DNA of 64,000 bases from Desulfurivibrionaceae bacterium (GTDB lineage: Bacteria > Desulfobacterota > Desulfobulbia > Desulfobulbales > Desulfurivibrionaceae). The stretch lies in assembly GCA_041675585.1 (NCBI GenBank), contig JBAYTO010000003.1, forward strand, positions 21,396 through 85,395, given 5' to 3'. The notes beneath the pieces were generated by a model. That model made no database searches. It was not told the origin of the DNA and saw only the letters and a program-made list of their open reading frames with translations. Positions 1-11,500 of the stretch are shown here, one piece after another. A program made the position numbers and the translations under genes. Each line of letters opens with the position of its first letter. Position 1 is the stretch's first letter.

Positions 1-119
1 TGGATGACACCTCGGTGTCTTAATAATGAAACACACCATGAAACTGGGGACCTTTTCAAGGTCTTCATTTTTCAGAAATAATGAATCCGGCAAGGCCAGG
101 ATTCAACCGGAGGTACAAC

Positions 120-572
120 ATGGAACTCATTTTAAAAGAAACCATTGACACTCTTGGCGAGGAAGGCGATGTTGTTAAGGTAAAGGACGGCTACGGCCGC
201 AACTTCCTGATCCCCCGTCGTCTAGCCGTGCCTGCCACCAAGGCAAACCTCACCAATCTGGAAAGGGAAAAAGCCTCCATTGTCGCCAGAAAGAAAAGCC
301 AGCGCGACGAGGCGGAATCCCTTGCCAAGAAGGTGACTGGAGCCACGGTGGTCATCGCCCATCGTTCCGGCGACGACAACAAGCTCTATGGTTCGGTCAC
401 CTCCGCGGACATTGCGGCAAAGCTGGCCGAGCTGGGCATTGAAATCGACAAGAAAAAAATAGTTCTTGACGAACCCATCAAGACCCTGGGCGTCACCATG
501 GTGCCGGTAAAGATCGGTTTCCAGATTGCCGCGGAAATCACGGTGGAAATCGTGCCATTGGCTGCGGAATAA
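120..572 (+). CDS. rplI: 50S ribosomal protein L9
   Basis: MELILKETIDTLGEEGDVVKVKDGYGRNFLIP is the L9 N-terminus; GGAGG RBS before ATG 120; lies upstream of dnaB. Confidence 0.97.
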   Translation: MELILKETIDTLGEEGDVVKVKDGYGRNFLIPRRLAVPATKANLTNLEREKASIVARKKSQRDEAESLAKKVTGATVVIAHRSGDDNKLYGSVTSADIAAKLAELGIEIDKKKIVLDEPIKTLGVTMVPVKIGFQIAAEITVEIVPLAAE

Positions 573-716
573 TTCCTGGCCCGCAAGAAGAAGGCGGAAC
601 GGGGACCGGCGCGTTATCCGCCGAATCCGTTCCGCTTGCCTTGACCTTGGAATAACGCAGGATAACCGAGTGGGGGCGGGAAATCGCCCCCCATTCATTA
701 CAACCAACGATAATCC

Positions 717-2081
717 ATGGAATCCGGATCAGGCCCTTCCACCACCCACCGTCTACCCCCGCAGAATCTTGAGGCCGAGCAATGCGTTCTCGGCTCAATC
801 ATGCTGCAACAGGGCGCCATGCCCAGGGCGGCGGAGATTCTCACCGAAGAAGACTTTTACCGCGACGCTCATAAGCACATCTTTTTCGCCATGATCACCC
901 TGTTTGAGCGTGGCGAACCTCTTGACCTCATCACCCTTTCCAACCTGCTGAAAGACAACAACCGCTTTGAGGCGATTGGCGGCCCCACCTACCTCGCCAC
1001 CCTCACTGACATCGTGCCGGTTGCCGCAAACATTGCTTATTACGCCAAAATAGTCCGGGATAAAGCCATCCTCCGCAGGCTGATCCAGACCGGCACCGAG
1101 ATCGCCGGCCGCTGCTACGAGGAGCAGGACGACATCGACACCCTCCTTGATGATGTGGAAACGACTGTCTTTGAAATCTCCCGGGCCAAGAGCGGCCAGT
1201 CCTACCACTCGCTCAAGACTGTCATCTCCGACACCTTCAAATACATTGAACAGCTATACGAACGCAAGGAACACATTACCGGCGTTCCCACCGAATATCA
1301 CGATTTCGACAAGATGACCGCAGGGTTGCAGCGCTCTGACCTCATCATTCTGGCGGCCCGTCCCAGCATGGGCAAAACCGCCCTGGCCGTCAACATGGTC
1401 CAGAACGCCGCCCTGCTCCACAAGGTGCCGGTGGCGGTGTTCAGCTTGGAGATGTCCAAGGAGCAGCTCGGCATGCGGATGCTCTGTTCCATCAGCCGGG
1501 TTGATGCTCAGCGATTAAGAACCGGCTTTCTCAAAGAGCAGGATTGGCCCAGACTTACCCGGGCGGTGGCCCAGCTTTCCGATGCTCCCATCTACATCGA
1601 CGACACCCCGGCCATTACGGTGCTGGAGATGAGGGCCAAGTGCCGGCGCCTGAAAACCGAACACAACATCGGCATGGTGGTGGTGGATTATCTGCAATTG
1701 ATGCGGGGCAGAACAAATGCCCAGTCCCGTGAACAGGAAATCAGTGAGATCTCCCGCTCGCTAAAAGCCATGGCCAAGGAGCTCAGCATCCCGGTCCTCG
1801 CTCTTTCCCAGCTTAACCGCAGCCTGGAAAGCCGCCCCAACAAAAGACCGCAGCTTTCCGACCTGCGCGAATCCGGCGCCATCGAACAGGATGCCGACGT
1901 GATCGTTTTCATTTACCGCGACGAGGTGTACAACAAGGCGGAAGACAACCCAAGAAAAGGCATTGCCGAGATCATTATCGGCAAACAGCGCAATGGGCCA
2001 ACCGGCACCGTAGAACTGGCCTTTGTTGACCGCTTTACCTCCTTTGAAAATCTTGCCCGCCATGATTTTCCCACATCTTAA
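717..2081 (+). CDS. dnaB: Replicative DNA helicase
   Basis: PPQNLEAEQCVLGS N-terminus, Walker A ARPSMGKT, DYLQL and SDLRESGAIEQDAD motifs; 454 aa, no intein. Confidence 0.98.
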   Translation: MESGSGPSTTHRLPPQNLEAEQCVLGSIMLQQGAMPRAAEILTEEDFYRDAHKHIFFAMITLFERGEPLDLITLSNLLKDNNRFEAIGGPTYLATLTDIVPVAANIAYYAKIVRDKAILRRLIQTGTEIAGRCYEEQDDIDTLLDDVETTVFEISRAKSGQSYHSLKTVISDTFKYIEQLYERKEHITGVPTEYHDFDKMTAGLQRSDLIILAARPSMGKTALAVNMVQNAALLHKVPVAVFSLEMSKEQLGMRMLCSISRVDAQRLRTGFLKEQDWPRLTRAVAQLSDAPIYIDDTPAITVLEMRAKCRRLKTEHNIGMVVVDYLQLMRGRTNAQSREQEISEISRSLKAMAKELSIPVLALSQLNRSLESRPNKRPQLSDLRESGAIEQDADVIVFIYRDEVYNKAEDNPRKGIAEIIIGKQRNGPTGTVELAFVDRFTSFENLARHDFPTS

Positions 2082-2173
2082 TAAAAATAGCTGATACCGG
2101 AATCCAGGCCGCCGAGAATTGACTTCACGGCGCCTTACCCACCCTCAGCACTGAAAAACCCGGACTAACGAAT

Positions 2174-4648
2174 ATGAAATATGATTTCAAGGCCATCGAA
2201 GAGAAATGGCGCAGCTTCTGGCTGGAAAACAGCACTTACACGGCAAGCGAAGACCCCAGCCGGCCCAAATACTATCTTCTGGAGATGTTCCCCTACCCTT
2301 CCGGCCGCATCCACATGGGCCATGTCCGCAACTATACCATTGGCGATGTGGTGGCACGCTACAAGCGGATGAAGGGCTTCAACGTCCTTCACCCCATGGG
2401 CTGGGACGCCTTCGGCCTGCCCGCCGAAAATGCGGCAATCAAGCACGATACCCATCCTGCCAAGTGGACCTACGAAAACATCGATTACATGAAGCAGCAG
2501 TTGCAGCGCATGGGTTTCAGCTACGACTGGGGCCGGGAAATCGCAACCTGCAACGATAAATACTACCGCTGGGAACAGCTGCTTTTCATCAAGATGTACG
2601 AAAAGGGGCTGGTCTATCAGAAGGTGACCACGGTCAACTGGTGCGAGACCTGCCAGACGGTGCTGGCCAACGAACAGGTCATCGACGGCGCCTGCTGGCG
2701 TTGCGACAATGCCGTGCTGCCCAGGGAGATGAACGGCTGGTTTTTCAAGATTACGGACTATGCCGAGGAGCTGCTGGCCGGCTGCGACCAGCTCACCGGC
2801 TGGCCGGAAAAAGTACTCACCATGCAGCGCAACTGGATCGGTAAGAGCGTAGGCGCCGAGGTTAACTTTCCTGTCGAGGACTCCGGAAAAACGCTGACCA
2901 TCTTCACCACCCGGCCGGATACGATCTTTGGCGCCACTTTCATGTCCATCGCCCCGGAACACCCCCTGGCCCTTGAGTTGAGCGCAGGAACCCCCCAGGA
3001 AACTTCCGTCAAAGAGTTCGTTGCGCGAATCAAGATCGAAAAACAGCGGCAGAGCCCGGAAGACGAGGTGGAAAAGGAAGGGGTTTTCACCGGAGGCTAC
3101 TGCCTCAACCCCTTCACCGGCAAACGGCTGCCGGTGTACGTGGCCAATTTTGTCCTCATGGAATATGGGACCGGGGCGGTGATGGCGGTTCCGGCCCATG
3201 ACCAGCGCGACTTCGAGTTCGCCAAAAAATACGGGATTGAGATCAAGGTGGTCATTCAGCCGGAAGGCGAGCCCCTGGAGCCGGCGGCCATGACCGAAGC
3301 CCACGAAGAGACCGGCACCTTGGTCGACTCCGGGGAGTTCACCGGCCAGTCTTCGGAAAAGGCCAAAAACGCCATCACCGCGGCGGCCACGGAGAAAGGC
3401 TTCGGCTGCCAGCGCACCACCTTCCGCTTGCGCGACTGGGGCATCTCCCGCCAGCGGTACTGGGGCGCTCCTATTCCTATGCTCCACTGCGCCCACTGCG
3501 GGGTGGTACCGGTGCCGGAAGAGGATCTGCCCGTCAGCCTGCCCACCGATATCCAGTTTGACAAATCAGGCAAATCGCCTCTGCACACCCTGGAGAGCTT
3601 CTACCAGACCACCTGCCCGGTCTGCCAAGGCCCGGCCCGCCGCGAAACAGATACCATGGACACCTTTGTCGAGTCCTCCTGGTATTTTGCCCGCTATGTA
3701 AGCCCCCGCTACACCGATGGGGTGCTGGCAAAAGATAAAGCCGACTACTGGCTGCCGGTGGATCAGTACATCGGCGGGGTGGAACACGCCATCCTCCACC
3801 TGCTCTACTCCCGCTTTTTTACCAAGGTTCTGCGCGATCTCGGCTACCTGTCCATAGACGAACCGTTCACCAACCTGCTCACCCAGGGCATGGTTATCAA
3901 GGACGGCACCAAGATGTCCAAATCCAAGGGCAACGTGGTGGACCCCAACGAGCTGGTGGAAAAATACGGCGCCGACACGGTCCGCCTCTTCAGCCTGTTC
4001 GCCGCCCCGCCGGAACGGGATCTGGAATGGAGCGATCAGGGGGTGGAGGGAGCTTACCGCTTCCTGAACCGGGTCTTCCGCCTGGTGGACGAAAACCTCG
4101 GGGTCTTTGATGCGCCCGCCTCCGCCCTGCCGCAGGAGATGAATACGGCAAGCCTTGCCCTGCACCGAAAAACCCATCAGACCATCCGCAAATTCGGGGC
4201 GGATATCGAGGCAAAATTTCATTTCAACACCGCCATCAGTGCGGTGATGGAACTGACCAACACCCTATACAGCCTGGCCGCAGACGAGACGAACGAAGCC
4301 CCGCATCCCACAATAATCCGCGAGGCCATCGAGGCGGTGCTTGCCCTGCTCTCCCCCATGGTTCCGCATCTGACGGCCGAGCTCTGGGAGCTGACAAAAC
4401 ACCCCACCCCCCTTGCCGAAGTACTCTGGCCGGAGTACGATGCCGAAGCGGTCAAGGAGGAGGCGATCACCATCGTCGTCCAGGTGAAGGGCAAGGTCCG
4501 CAGCCAGCTCCAGGTTGCTCAGGGCACCAGCGAAGCAGACCTTGAAGCGATGGCTCTGGCCGATGAAAAGGTGCAGAAATTCCTGGAAGGCAAGCCGGTG
4601 CGCAAGGTGATTGTCGTACCAAACAAGCTGATCAATATTGTTATTTAG
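2174..4648 (+). CDS. leuS: Leucine--tRNA ligase
   Basis: [13 protein letters not shown] (HIGH-like) and KMSKS motifs, TTRPDT editing-domain motif, 824 aa. Confidence 0.98.
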   Translation: MKYDFKAIEEKWRSFWLENSTYTASEDPSRPKYYLLEMFPYPSGRIHMGHVRNYTIGDVVARYKRMKGFNVLHPMGWDAFGLPAENAAIKHDTHPAKWTYENIDYMKQQLQRMGFSYDWGREIATCNDKYYRWEQLLFIKMYEKGLVYQKVTTVNWCETCQTVLANEQVIDGACWRCDNAVLPREMNGWFFKITDYAEELLAGCDQLTGWPEKVLTMQRNWIGKSVGAEVNFPVEDSGKTLTIFTTRPDTIFGATFMSIAPEHPLALELSAGTPQETSVKEFVARIKIEKQRQSPEDEVEKEGVFTGGYCLNPFTGKRLPVYVANFVLMEYGTGAVMAVPAHDQRDFEFAKKYGIEIKVVIQPEGEPLEPAAMTEAHEETGTLVDSGEFTGQSSEKAKNAITAAATEKGFGCQRTTFRLRDWGISRQRYWGAPIPMLHCAHCGVVPVPEEDLPVSLPTDIQFDKSGKSPLHTLESFYQTTCPVCQGPARRETDTMDTFVESSWYFARYVSPRYTDGVLAKDKADYWLPVDQYIGGVEHAILHLLYSRFFTKVLRDLGYLSIDEPFTNLLTQGMVIKDGTKMSKSKGNVVDPNELVEKYGADTVRLFSLFAAPPERDLEWSDQGVEGAYRFLNRVFRLVDENLGVFDAPASALPQEMNTASLALHRKTHQTIRKFGADIEAKFHFNTAISAVMELTNTLYSLAADETNEAPHPTIIREAIEAVLALLSPMVPHLTAELWELTKHPTPLAEVLWPEYDAEAVKEEAITIVVQVKGKVRSQLQVAQGTSEADLEAMALADEKVQKFLEGKPVRKVIVVPNKLINIVI

Positions 4649-4680
4649 GGTGACGAGCCTGATGCAATCGGAGCCTGACC

Positions 4681-5223
4681 ATGAAAAGCCTTCCTCTGAA
4701 AATCCTGAGTCTGCTTCTCCTTCTGCTGCTTGCAGGCGGATGCGGCTACCACAATCCCAACATGCTGCCGCCGGATAAGCAGGGAAAAGTTCGCAAACTT
4801 CATATTCCCATCTGGCCGAACCCGACCACTGAAATCAGACTCGCCTCCGACATCCACAATGCTCTGCAGGACTGGCTCGGCCAGAGCAAACAGTTCAACC
4901 TGGTGAACAGCGCCGGGGAAGCAGATTATGTCTTGAACGGCAAAATCAACGCGGTAAGCTATACCGGCCGGGCCTACGATGCCAAAGACCGGGCTCAGGC
5001 GCTCATTGCCAACCTTAGCGTCAGCTATACCGTGATCGAGACCAGTACCGGCAGGACAGCCTGGCAGTCCACCTTCGCTCTCTCCGAATCTTATTCCCTC
5101 TATACCGATGCCCACAAAAAACAGGCAATAACAACCCTGGTGGACAATCTGGGTGAGGATATTTACATCCGTCTTTACAGCGCCATCTCCCGGTATGAAA
5201 AAAACCAGGACCGAGGGTATTGA
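4681..5223 (+). CDS. LptE-like lipoprotein (LPS assembly)
   Basis: Signal peptide with lipobox LAGGC followed by GYH; position directly after leuS matches the usual leuS-lptE order. Confidence 0.7.
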   Translation: MKSLPLKILSLLLLLLLAGGCGYHNPNMLPPDKQGKVRKLHIPIWPNPTTEIRLASDIHNALQDWLGQSKQFNLVNSAGEADYVLNGKINAVSYTGRAYDAKDRAQALIANLSVSYTVIETSTGRTAWQSTFALSESYSLYTDAHKKQAITTLVDNLGEDIYIRLYSAISRYEKNQDRGY

Positions 5224-5331
5224 GTGCTGAGTGCTGAGTGCTGAGTGCTGAGTGCTGAGTGCTGAGTGCTGAGTGCTGAGTGCTGAGTGCTGAGTGCTGA
5301 GTGCTGAGTGCTGAGTGCTGAGTGCTGAGTG
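5221..5331. repeat. Perfect heptanucleotide tandem repeat (TGAGTGC) x15 plus a 6-nt partial unit
   Basis: Counted directly: 15 exact units from 5221 to 5325, then TGAGTG; the first TGA is the stop codon of the upstream gene. Confidence 0.97.
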
Positions 5332-5440
5332 AAAAAATTATGATTGGCAATATCCCGCAGGGAAAGGTATATAGCAAAGTTTTGTAATCATCCTTACCCC
5401 GACAACACATCATCGCAGAACCAGAACCCGGAGGTCCCCC

Positions 5441-7438
5441 ATGCCATCCCGCAGAGAACTTGCCAATGCCATTCGCGCCCTGAGCATGGATGCCATCCAG
5501 AAAGCCAAATCAGGTCATCCCGGCGCGCCCATGGGCATGGCCGACATCGCCGAAGTGCTGTGGAACGACTTTCTTTGTCATAATCCAGCCAACCCCAAAT
5601 GGGCCAACCGCGACCGCTTTGTCCTCTCTAACGGTCACGGCTCCATGCTGCTCTATTCTCTGCTCCACCTCAGCGGATACGACCTGCCCATTGAAGAAAT
5701 CAAGAACTTCCGCCAGCTGCACGCCAAAACTCCCGGCCACCCGGAATACGGCTACGCTCCAGGTATAGAAACCACCACCGGTCCCCTGGGCCAGGGGATC
5801 GCCAACGCGGTGGGCATGGCCATTGCCGAGAAAACTCTGGCCGGTCAGTTCAATCGGCCGGGCCATGCGATTATCGATCATCACACCTATGTATTCCTGG
5901 GCGACGGCTGCATGATGGAGGGCATCTCCCATGAGGCTTGCTCTCTGGCCGGCACTCTGGGCCTGGGTAAGCTCACCGCCCTGTACGATGACAACGGCAT
6001 CTCCATCGACGGCGAGGTCCAGGGCTGGTTCACCGACAACACCCCCATGCGCTTTCGCTCCTACGGCTGGCATGTCATCGAGGGTGTGGATGGTCATGAC
6101 GGGGAAGCGGTGAAAAAGGCCATTGCCGAGGCAAAGGCTGTTTCGGACAAGCCCTCGCTCATCTGTTGCAAGACCGTGATCGGCTGGGGCTCCCCCAACA
6201 AACAGGGCAAGGAAGACTGCCACGGCGCCCCCCTGGGTGACGTCGAGATCGCTCTGGTTCGTCAGACCATCGGCTGGCCTCACCCCGCTTTTGAGATTCC
6301 GGCAGAGATCTATGTCGGCTGGAATGCCAAAGACCAGGGCGCTGCCCGTGAGGCAGAATGGAATACCCGGTTTGCCGCCTATAAGGCCGCGCACCCGGAA
6401 CTTGCTGCCGAGCTTGAGCGCCGCCTTTCCGGCACCCTGCCCGCCGACTGGCAGGCAAAAGCCGGGGCCTATGTCGATGCGGTCAACGCCAAGGCGGAGA
6501 AGGTCGCTACCCGCAAGGCCTCCCAGAACTGCCTCAATGGTTACGGCCCGCTCCTGCCGGAACTCCTCGGCGGCTCGGCCGACCTGGCTTGCAGTAATCT
6601 TACCCTCTGGGCCGGTAGCAAGGGGATCAATACGGAGACGGGCGGCAACTATATCTATTACGGGGTCCGCGAATTCGGCATGTGTGCCATTGCCAACGGC
6701 CTCGCCCTGCACGGCGGCTTCATCCCCTACACTGCCACCTTCCTGATCTTTTCCGAATACGCCCGCAACGCCCTGCGCATGGCAGCACTGATGAAGCAGC
6801 GTTCGGTATACGTTTTCACCCACGACTCCATCGGCCTGGGCGAAGACGGGCCCACCCACCAGCCGGTGGAGCAGGCCGCTACCCTGCGGCTGATCCCGAA
6901 CATGGGGGTCTGGCGCCCCTGCGACGCAGTGGAGACGGCAATGGCCTGGAAGATCGCCATCGAGCGCAGTACCGGCCCCACCTCTCTGCTGCTCTCCCGG
7001 CAAAACCTGCCCCATCAGCCCCGCACTGCGACACAACTGGCCGACATCGCCAAGGGCGGCTATGTCCTGCTCGATTGCGGCTGCGAGACCCCGGACGCCA
7101 TCCTCATCGCCACCGGCTCCGAAGTCGAGCTGGCAGTGGCGGCAGCCAGTGAGCTTACCGCCAAGGGCAAAAAAATCAGGGTGGTATCCATGCCCAGCAC
7201 CGACTGCTTCGAGAGCCAGAGTAAGGAGTACCGGCAATCCGTGCTGCCGGATGCAGTCCAGGCCCGGGTCGCCATCGAGGCCGGAGTAACCGCCGGCTGG
7301 TACCGCTATGTCGGCACCAGGGGCAAGGTTATCGGCCTCGACCGCTTCGGCGAATCCGCCCCGGCGGAACAGCTTTTCCCATACTTCGGCTTCACCGTGG
7401 AGAAGGTGGTGCAGACGGTGGAAGAGTCACTCAAATAG
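5441..7438 (+). CDS. tkt: Transketolase
   Basis: [16 protein letters not shown]-binding motif and [15 protein letters not shown] signature. Confidence 0.98.
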   Translation: MPSRRELANAIRALSMDAIQKAKSGHPGAPMGMADIAEVLWNDFLCHNPANPKWANRDRFVLSNGHGSMLLYSLLHLSGYDLPIEEIKNFRQLHAKTPGHPEYGYAPGIETTTGPLGQGIANAVGMAIAEKTLAGQFNRPGHAIIDHHTYVFLGDGCMMEGISHEACSLAGTLGLGKLTALYDDNGISIDGEVQGWFTDNTPMRFRSYGWHVIEGVDGHDGEAVKKAIAEAKAVSDKPSLICCKTVIGWGSPNKQGKEDCHGAPLGDVEIALVRQTIGWPHPAFEIPAEIYVGWNAKDQGAAREAEWNTRFAAYKAAHPELAAELERRLSGTLPADWQAKAGAYVDAVNAKAEKVATRKASQNCLNGYGPLLPELLGGSADLACSNLTLWAGSKGINTETGGNYIYYGVREFGMCAIANGLALHGGFIPYTATFLIFSEYARNALRMAALMKQRSVYVFTHDSIGLGEDGPTHQPVEQAATLRLIPNMGVWRPCDAVETAMAWKIAIERSTGPTSLLLSRQNLPHQPRTATQLADIAKGGYVLLDCGCETPDAILIATGSEVELAVAAASELTAKGKKIRVVSMPSTDCFESQSKEYRQSVLPDAVQARVAIEAGVTAGWYRYVGTRGKVIGLDRFGESAPAEQLFPYFGFTVEKVVQTVEESLK

Positions 7439-7450
7439 GCTCGAATCCTT

Positions 7451-7507
7451 GTAGGCGCAAGCTTGCTCGCGTTTTTTTACTGATTCGCGAGCAAGCTCAC
7501 TCCTCCC
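7451..7507. repeat. REP doublet (REPIN-like), class A
   Basis: GTAGGCGCAAGCTTGCTCGCG (7451-7471) and inverted CGCGAGCAAGCTCACTCCTCCC (7486-7507); same core as the REPs flanking the RAYT gene. Confidence 0.85.
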
Positions 7508-7517
7508 CCTCAATTTC

Positions 7518-8462
7518 ATGAACATCGGCCCCTTAACTATTACCAGCTCTTTCATCCTCGCACCATTGGCTGGCTACAGCGATCTGGCCTTCCGTCTGCA
7601 ATGCCGGGAGCATGGTGCCGGCCTATGTTTTTCGGAGATGATCAGCTGCCACGGCCTTCATTTCCGGCAGAAAAATACCCTGGACATGCTCAAGACCACG
7701 GCGGCGGAACGCCCGGTGGCCATGCAGCTTTTCGGAGCCGAGCCGGAGATGATGGGTGAGGCCGCGGCCATCATTTCGGAACTGCCCATTGATCTCATCG
7801 ACCTCAACATGGGCTGTCCGGCAAAAAAGGTGATCAAGAAAGGGGCGGGCTGCGCCCTGATGAAAAATCCCGCCCTGGCTGCGGAAATCATCCGGGCCGT
7901 GGTAAAAAACGCTAAAGTGCCGGTTACGGTCAAATTCCGCTCCGGCTGGGATCACCAGAACATCATCGCCGGCGGCTTCGCCAGAATGGCCGAGGATAAT
8001 GGCGCCGCCGCAGTCACGGTCCACGCCCGGACCTGGAGCGATGGCTTTTCCGGCACAGCAGACTGGCGGATCATCAGCCAGGTGAAACAGGCGATTAAAA
8101 TCCCGGTGATCGGCAACGGCGATATTCAATCCCATGCCGACGGCTTGCGGATGCTGGCGGAAACCGCCTGCGACGGGGTGATGATCGGTCGGGGGGCCCT
8201 GGGTGCACCCTGGATCTTCTCCGCCGATGCGCCGGAAAACCCATCCCTTGCCTTCAGACTCACGGCCCTGCGCCGCCACCTGGCCCTCATTGCTAAGCAC
8301 CAGCCCGACACCCCGCCATCGCAAATCAAAAACCACGCGGGCCGTTATTTCAAGGGGGTTCCGGGCGGAGCGGAAATCAGACGCCAGATCTTCAACCAGA
8401 CCTCCTTTGCCGACGTGGCGGAAATCGCTGGCACTTTAGCCAATCTCGCCCTCAGGCTATGA
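7518..8462 (+). CDS. dusB: tRNA-dihydrouridine synthase (DusB-like)
   Basis: LAPLAG, DLNMGCP (catalytic Cys), VTVHART, NGDI and GVMIGRG motifs. Confidence 0.9.
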   Translation: MNIGPLTITSSFILAPLAGYSDLAFRLQCREHGAGLCFSEMISCHGLHFRQKNTLDMLKTTAAERPVAMQLFGAEPEMMGEAAAIISELPIDLIDLNMGCPAKKVIKKGAGCALMKNPALAAEIIRAVVKNAKVPVTVKFRSGWDHQNIIAGGFARMAEDNGAAAVTVHARTWSDGFSGTADWRIISQVKQAIKIPVIGNGDIQSHADGLRMLAETACDGVMIGRGALGAPWIFSADAPENPSLAFRLTALRRHLALIAKHQPDTPPSQIKNHAGRYFKGVPGGAEIRRQIFNQTSFADVAEIAGTLANLALRL

Positions 8463-8499
8463 GGTTATAAGGTTTCAGCCTTCTTATCCCAGCCTTACG

Positions 8500-8528
8500 T
8501 TGACATGATCATCCCGGTTAAGTACACT
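8500..8528 (+). promoter_or_regulatory. Putative sigma70 promoter of the pilus cluster
   Basis: TTGACA (8500-8505), 17-nt spacer, TACACT (8523-8528) upstream of the mshQ-like gene. Confidence 0.55.
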
Positions 8529-8577
8529 GCACTGACCGCAACCAGCAGCTGACAAAAGGATCGATCATGAGATCGTA

Positions 8578-11500
8578 ATGAGCTCAATTACTAAGACCCT
8601 TCCGACACAGAATAATCCCGCGAAACCAGCTGTGTTGCTAGCCGCTGCTCCGGTCAAAATATGGGGAGTGTCCCTGTTTTTATTGGCGTTTGAAACTCGC
8701 CTGCCGCAAATAAGTCCCCAAAAACCACCAATCGTTGACACCCCTGAAAGAATATGGGGAGTGTCCCTGTTTTTTCTCCTGTTTTTTCTGTTTTTCGCTA
8801 TCTTGACCAGCACTCACGTGTTGGCCGCAACTTACTCGTTGCCTGCGGGGATCGGCTCAGGCCCATTTGCCAATTGTTCCCTGACGTCCGGCACAACCTA
8901 TACCTGTAGCGGTAGCGGGAGCGGGAGCGGGGATATAAATCTTGCAAACAACGACATCCTCAATTTCACCGCGTCAATGACACTGTTAGCGACAGACGAC
9001 TTCACCGCAGGGAATACCGTATCCGTAAACAGCAACGGGAACACCGTCACGATTTCTACAAGTGACGACATTACCTTTGGAAACAATTTTGTCGGGACAA
9101 TTAATTGGCAGGCGGGCGATACATTCAATGTTGGTAACGGCGCCACAATCACGGGAAATATTACTGCAGGTGACGATATTAACATCGGAAACAATGTCAC
9201 GCTCAGCGGGAATATGACTTCGGGTGACGACATTTCTGTCGGCAATAATGGCAACATTACGGGCAATGTCGTTGCCGCTGACGAATTGACCCTCCCCGCC
9301 AACACATTTGTCACGGGGAATTGCACACCGACACACAGCCAATGCACGGGTGGGACGCCAGCGGTTATCGCCGAATACCGATTCGACGAATGCTCCTGGA
9401 CCAGCGGGACAAGCGGCGCAGTCATCGATTCAACCGGCAGTTATTCAGGCACCCCCTACAGCACGAACACGGTCTCCGGCGGCGTGGTCAATCGTGCCGC
9501 CGATCTCTCCGCCACAGGCACATCCGACTACATCCACTGGCCGATCTCACTCTTAAACGGGCGCACCAATTTTACCATCAGCTTGTGGTTCAAGACCTCG
9601 AGCCACCCGGACCAACAGGAAATCCTCCACGGTCTGGGTAGCAGTTCGGGAGACGATGAGATAGAAATTTATCTCATCAACACCACGGGGATTCGGGTAA
9701 ACATTCGCGACGAGGGCAACAATTACACTGCTCCTTCGTCCTTTACCAACGGCGCCTGGCATCACCTGGCGGTCACCCGTTCCGGCGCCAGCGTCTGCGT
9801 CTATCTCGACTCGACCGTGCTTGCCTGCAACACCCGCAGCTCAAATGCCTTGTCGATCACCGACAGCAACGCCCTGTTGACTGGCCAGGAGCAGGACTCC
9901 TTCGGCGGCGGTTTCACCAGCAGCCAGGCGCTGGAAGCGCAGCTCGACGAGTTCAAGGTTTTTGCTGCCGCTCTTTCCGCCAGCTCGATCAGCAGCATCT
10001 ATGCCAACGAACTGGCTGGCAACAACTGGGACGGCTCTTCGCGCAGCAACCCCTGTCTTATTACCTCCATGGCCGAATACCGTTTCGACGAAGCCTCCTG
10101 GAACGGCACAAGCGGCGAAGTCGCCGACAGCTCCGGTAACGGCTATGCCGGCACCGCAGCCAGCCTATCCGCCACCAAACCGACCACCGCCGACACAACC
10201 CCGGCGATTGCCGGCAACCCCGGCACCTGCCGTTACGGCGTATTCACCAGGGCCAACAAAGATTATGTCGCCTTGCCCGCCTCCTTCCCTAATCTGGGCA
10301 GCACTGGCCAAGCCTTTACCATTACCGCCTGGCTCAGGACCACCAACAATACCCAGCCCGGCCAGCGCATCCTCATTGACGACCAATCCAACAGCACCGG
10401 CTACGGCTTCAGCCTGGGCGACGGTGGCACAGGCAGATTGCGTTTTTATTCCCGTGGCACTCCCTCCCGGCTCATTCTCGACACCGACAATGTGAATGTG
10501 ATCGCCAACAATACCTGGTACTTCGTGGCTGCGGTGATCGATGTCCCCAACAAGATCAAACGAATTTACGCCTTCAACAGCGCCGGAACCTTGTTGACCA
10601 GTGTGAGCAGCGCGGCCTGGACCGAGGCTTCCTTCGGTTCGGACAGCGGTATCGCCTCCATTGGCGGAGAAACTAACGCCTCCGGGGAAAACAGCAGCAG
10701 CTTCGGTTTCTCCGGCAATCTGGACGAGGTAAATGTATTCACCAGCGCCTTAAGTCAGAGCGACCTTGCCACCATCCTGGCCCGCACCCATCCCTGCACG
10801 GCAACCGTCAATCTCGACCATATCCGCCTCGAACACGACGGTGCCGGCCTGACCTGCATGCCGGAAACCATCACCGTCAAGGCCTGCGCCGTTGCAGACT
10901 GCACCTCGTACTACACCGATACGGTCACCGCCACGCTCTCGCCATCCGGTTGGGTGGGCGGAGACGCCATTACCTTCAGCAGCGGGACGACCACGGCACA
11001 GTTGCGCCACACGACGGCGGAAACGGTGACCCTCGGCGGCTCGGTCACCTCGCCCGGCGCGACCAATTCGACCCGCTGTTTCAACGGTGGCACCGAGTCC
11101 TGCTCGCTGCCCTTTTCCAATGCCGGCTTCATCATCGCTGCGCCCGATCTTATCGCCAACAAGCCGGGTACCGTGACGATCCAGGCGGTTAAACTGGCGG
11201 ACAACGGCATTACCTGTGCTCCGGCCTTCACTGGTTCGCGCACGGTGAACTTCTGGTCGGGATACGAGAATCCAAATACGGGCACGAAGCAGGTAAGCCT
11301 TGGAGGAACACCCATTTCCACGAGCACGTCCGGCACTGGGATCTCCCTAAACTTCAACGCCACTGCCACGGCAAGCATTGCCGTCAGTTATGCCGACGCC
11401 GGACAGATGCGCCTAAATGCGAGCTACACTGAGAGTGGCACCGAGGCTGGATTGGTATTGGAGGGTAACGATCTCTTCGTCTCCCGGCCTGCGGGCCTTT

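Noticed and set aside
590-695. Two GC-rich hairpins between rplI and dnaB
   Set aside because: Could be ordinary terminator or processing structures; no U-tract, repeat copy or known motif to support more.
717-2081. Intein or intron in dnaB
   Set aside because: Normal length with contiguous motifs.
5021-5413. ORF with STQHSAL repeats
   Set aside because: It is only the minus-strand translation of the heptamer array.
5510-7237. Long antisense or alternate-frame ORFs (e.g. 5510-7237, 2165-3496, 20139-21149, 24486-25454, 28784-30064, 41909-43420, 62224-63579)
   Set aside because: Each lies opposite or over a clearly identifiable gene and has no recognisable motifs; expected shadow ORFs in GC-rich coding DNA.
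8658-8774. 24-bp direct repeats as a mini CRISPR array
   Set aside because: Only two copies, a 69-bp gap longer than typical spacers, inside an open reading frame, and no cas genes in the window.
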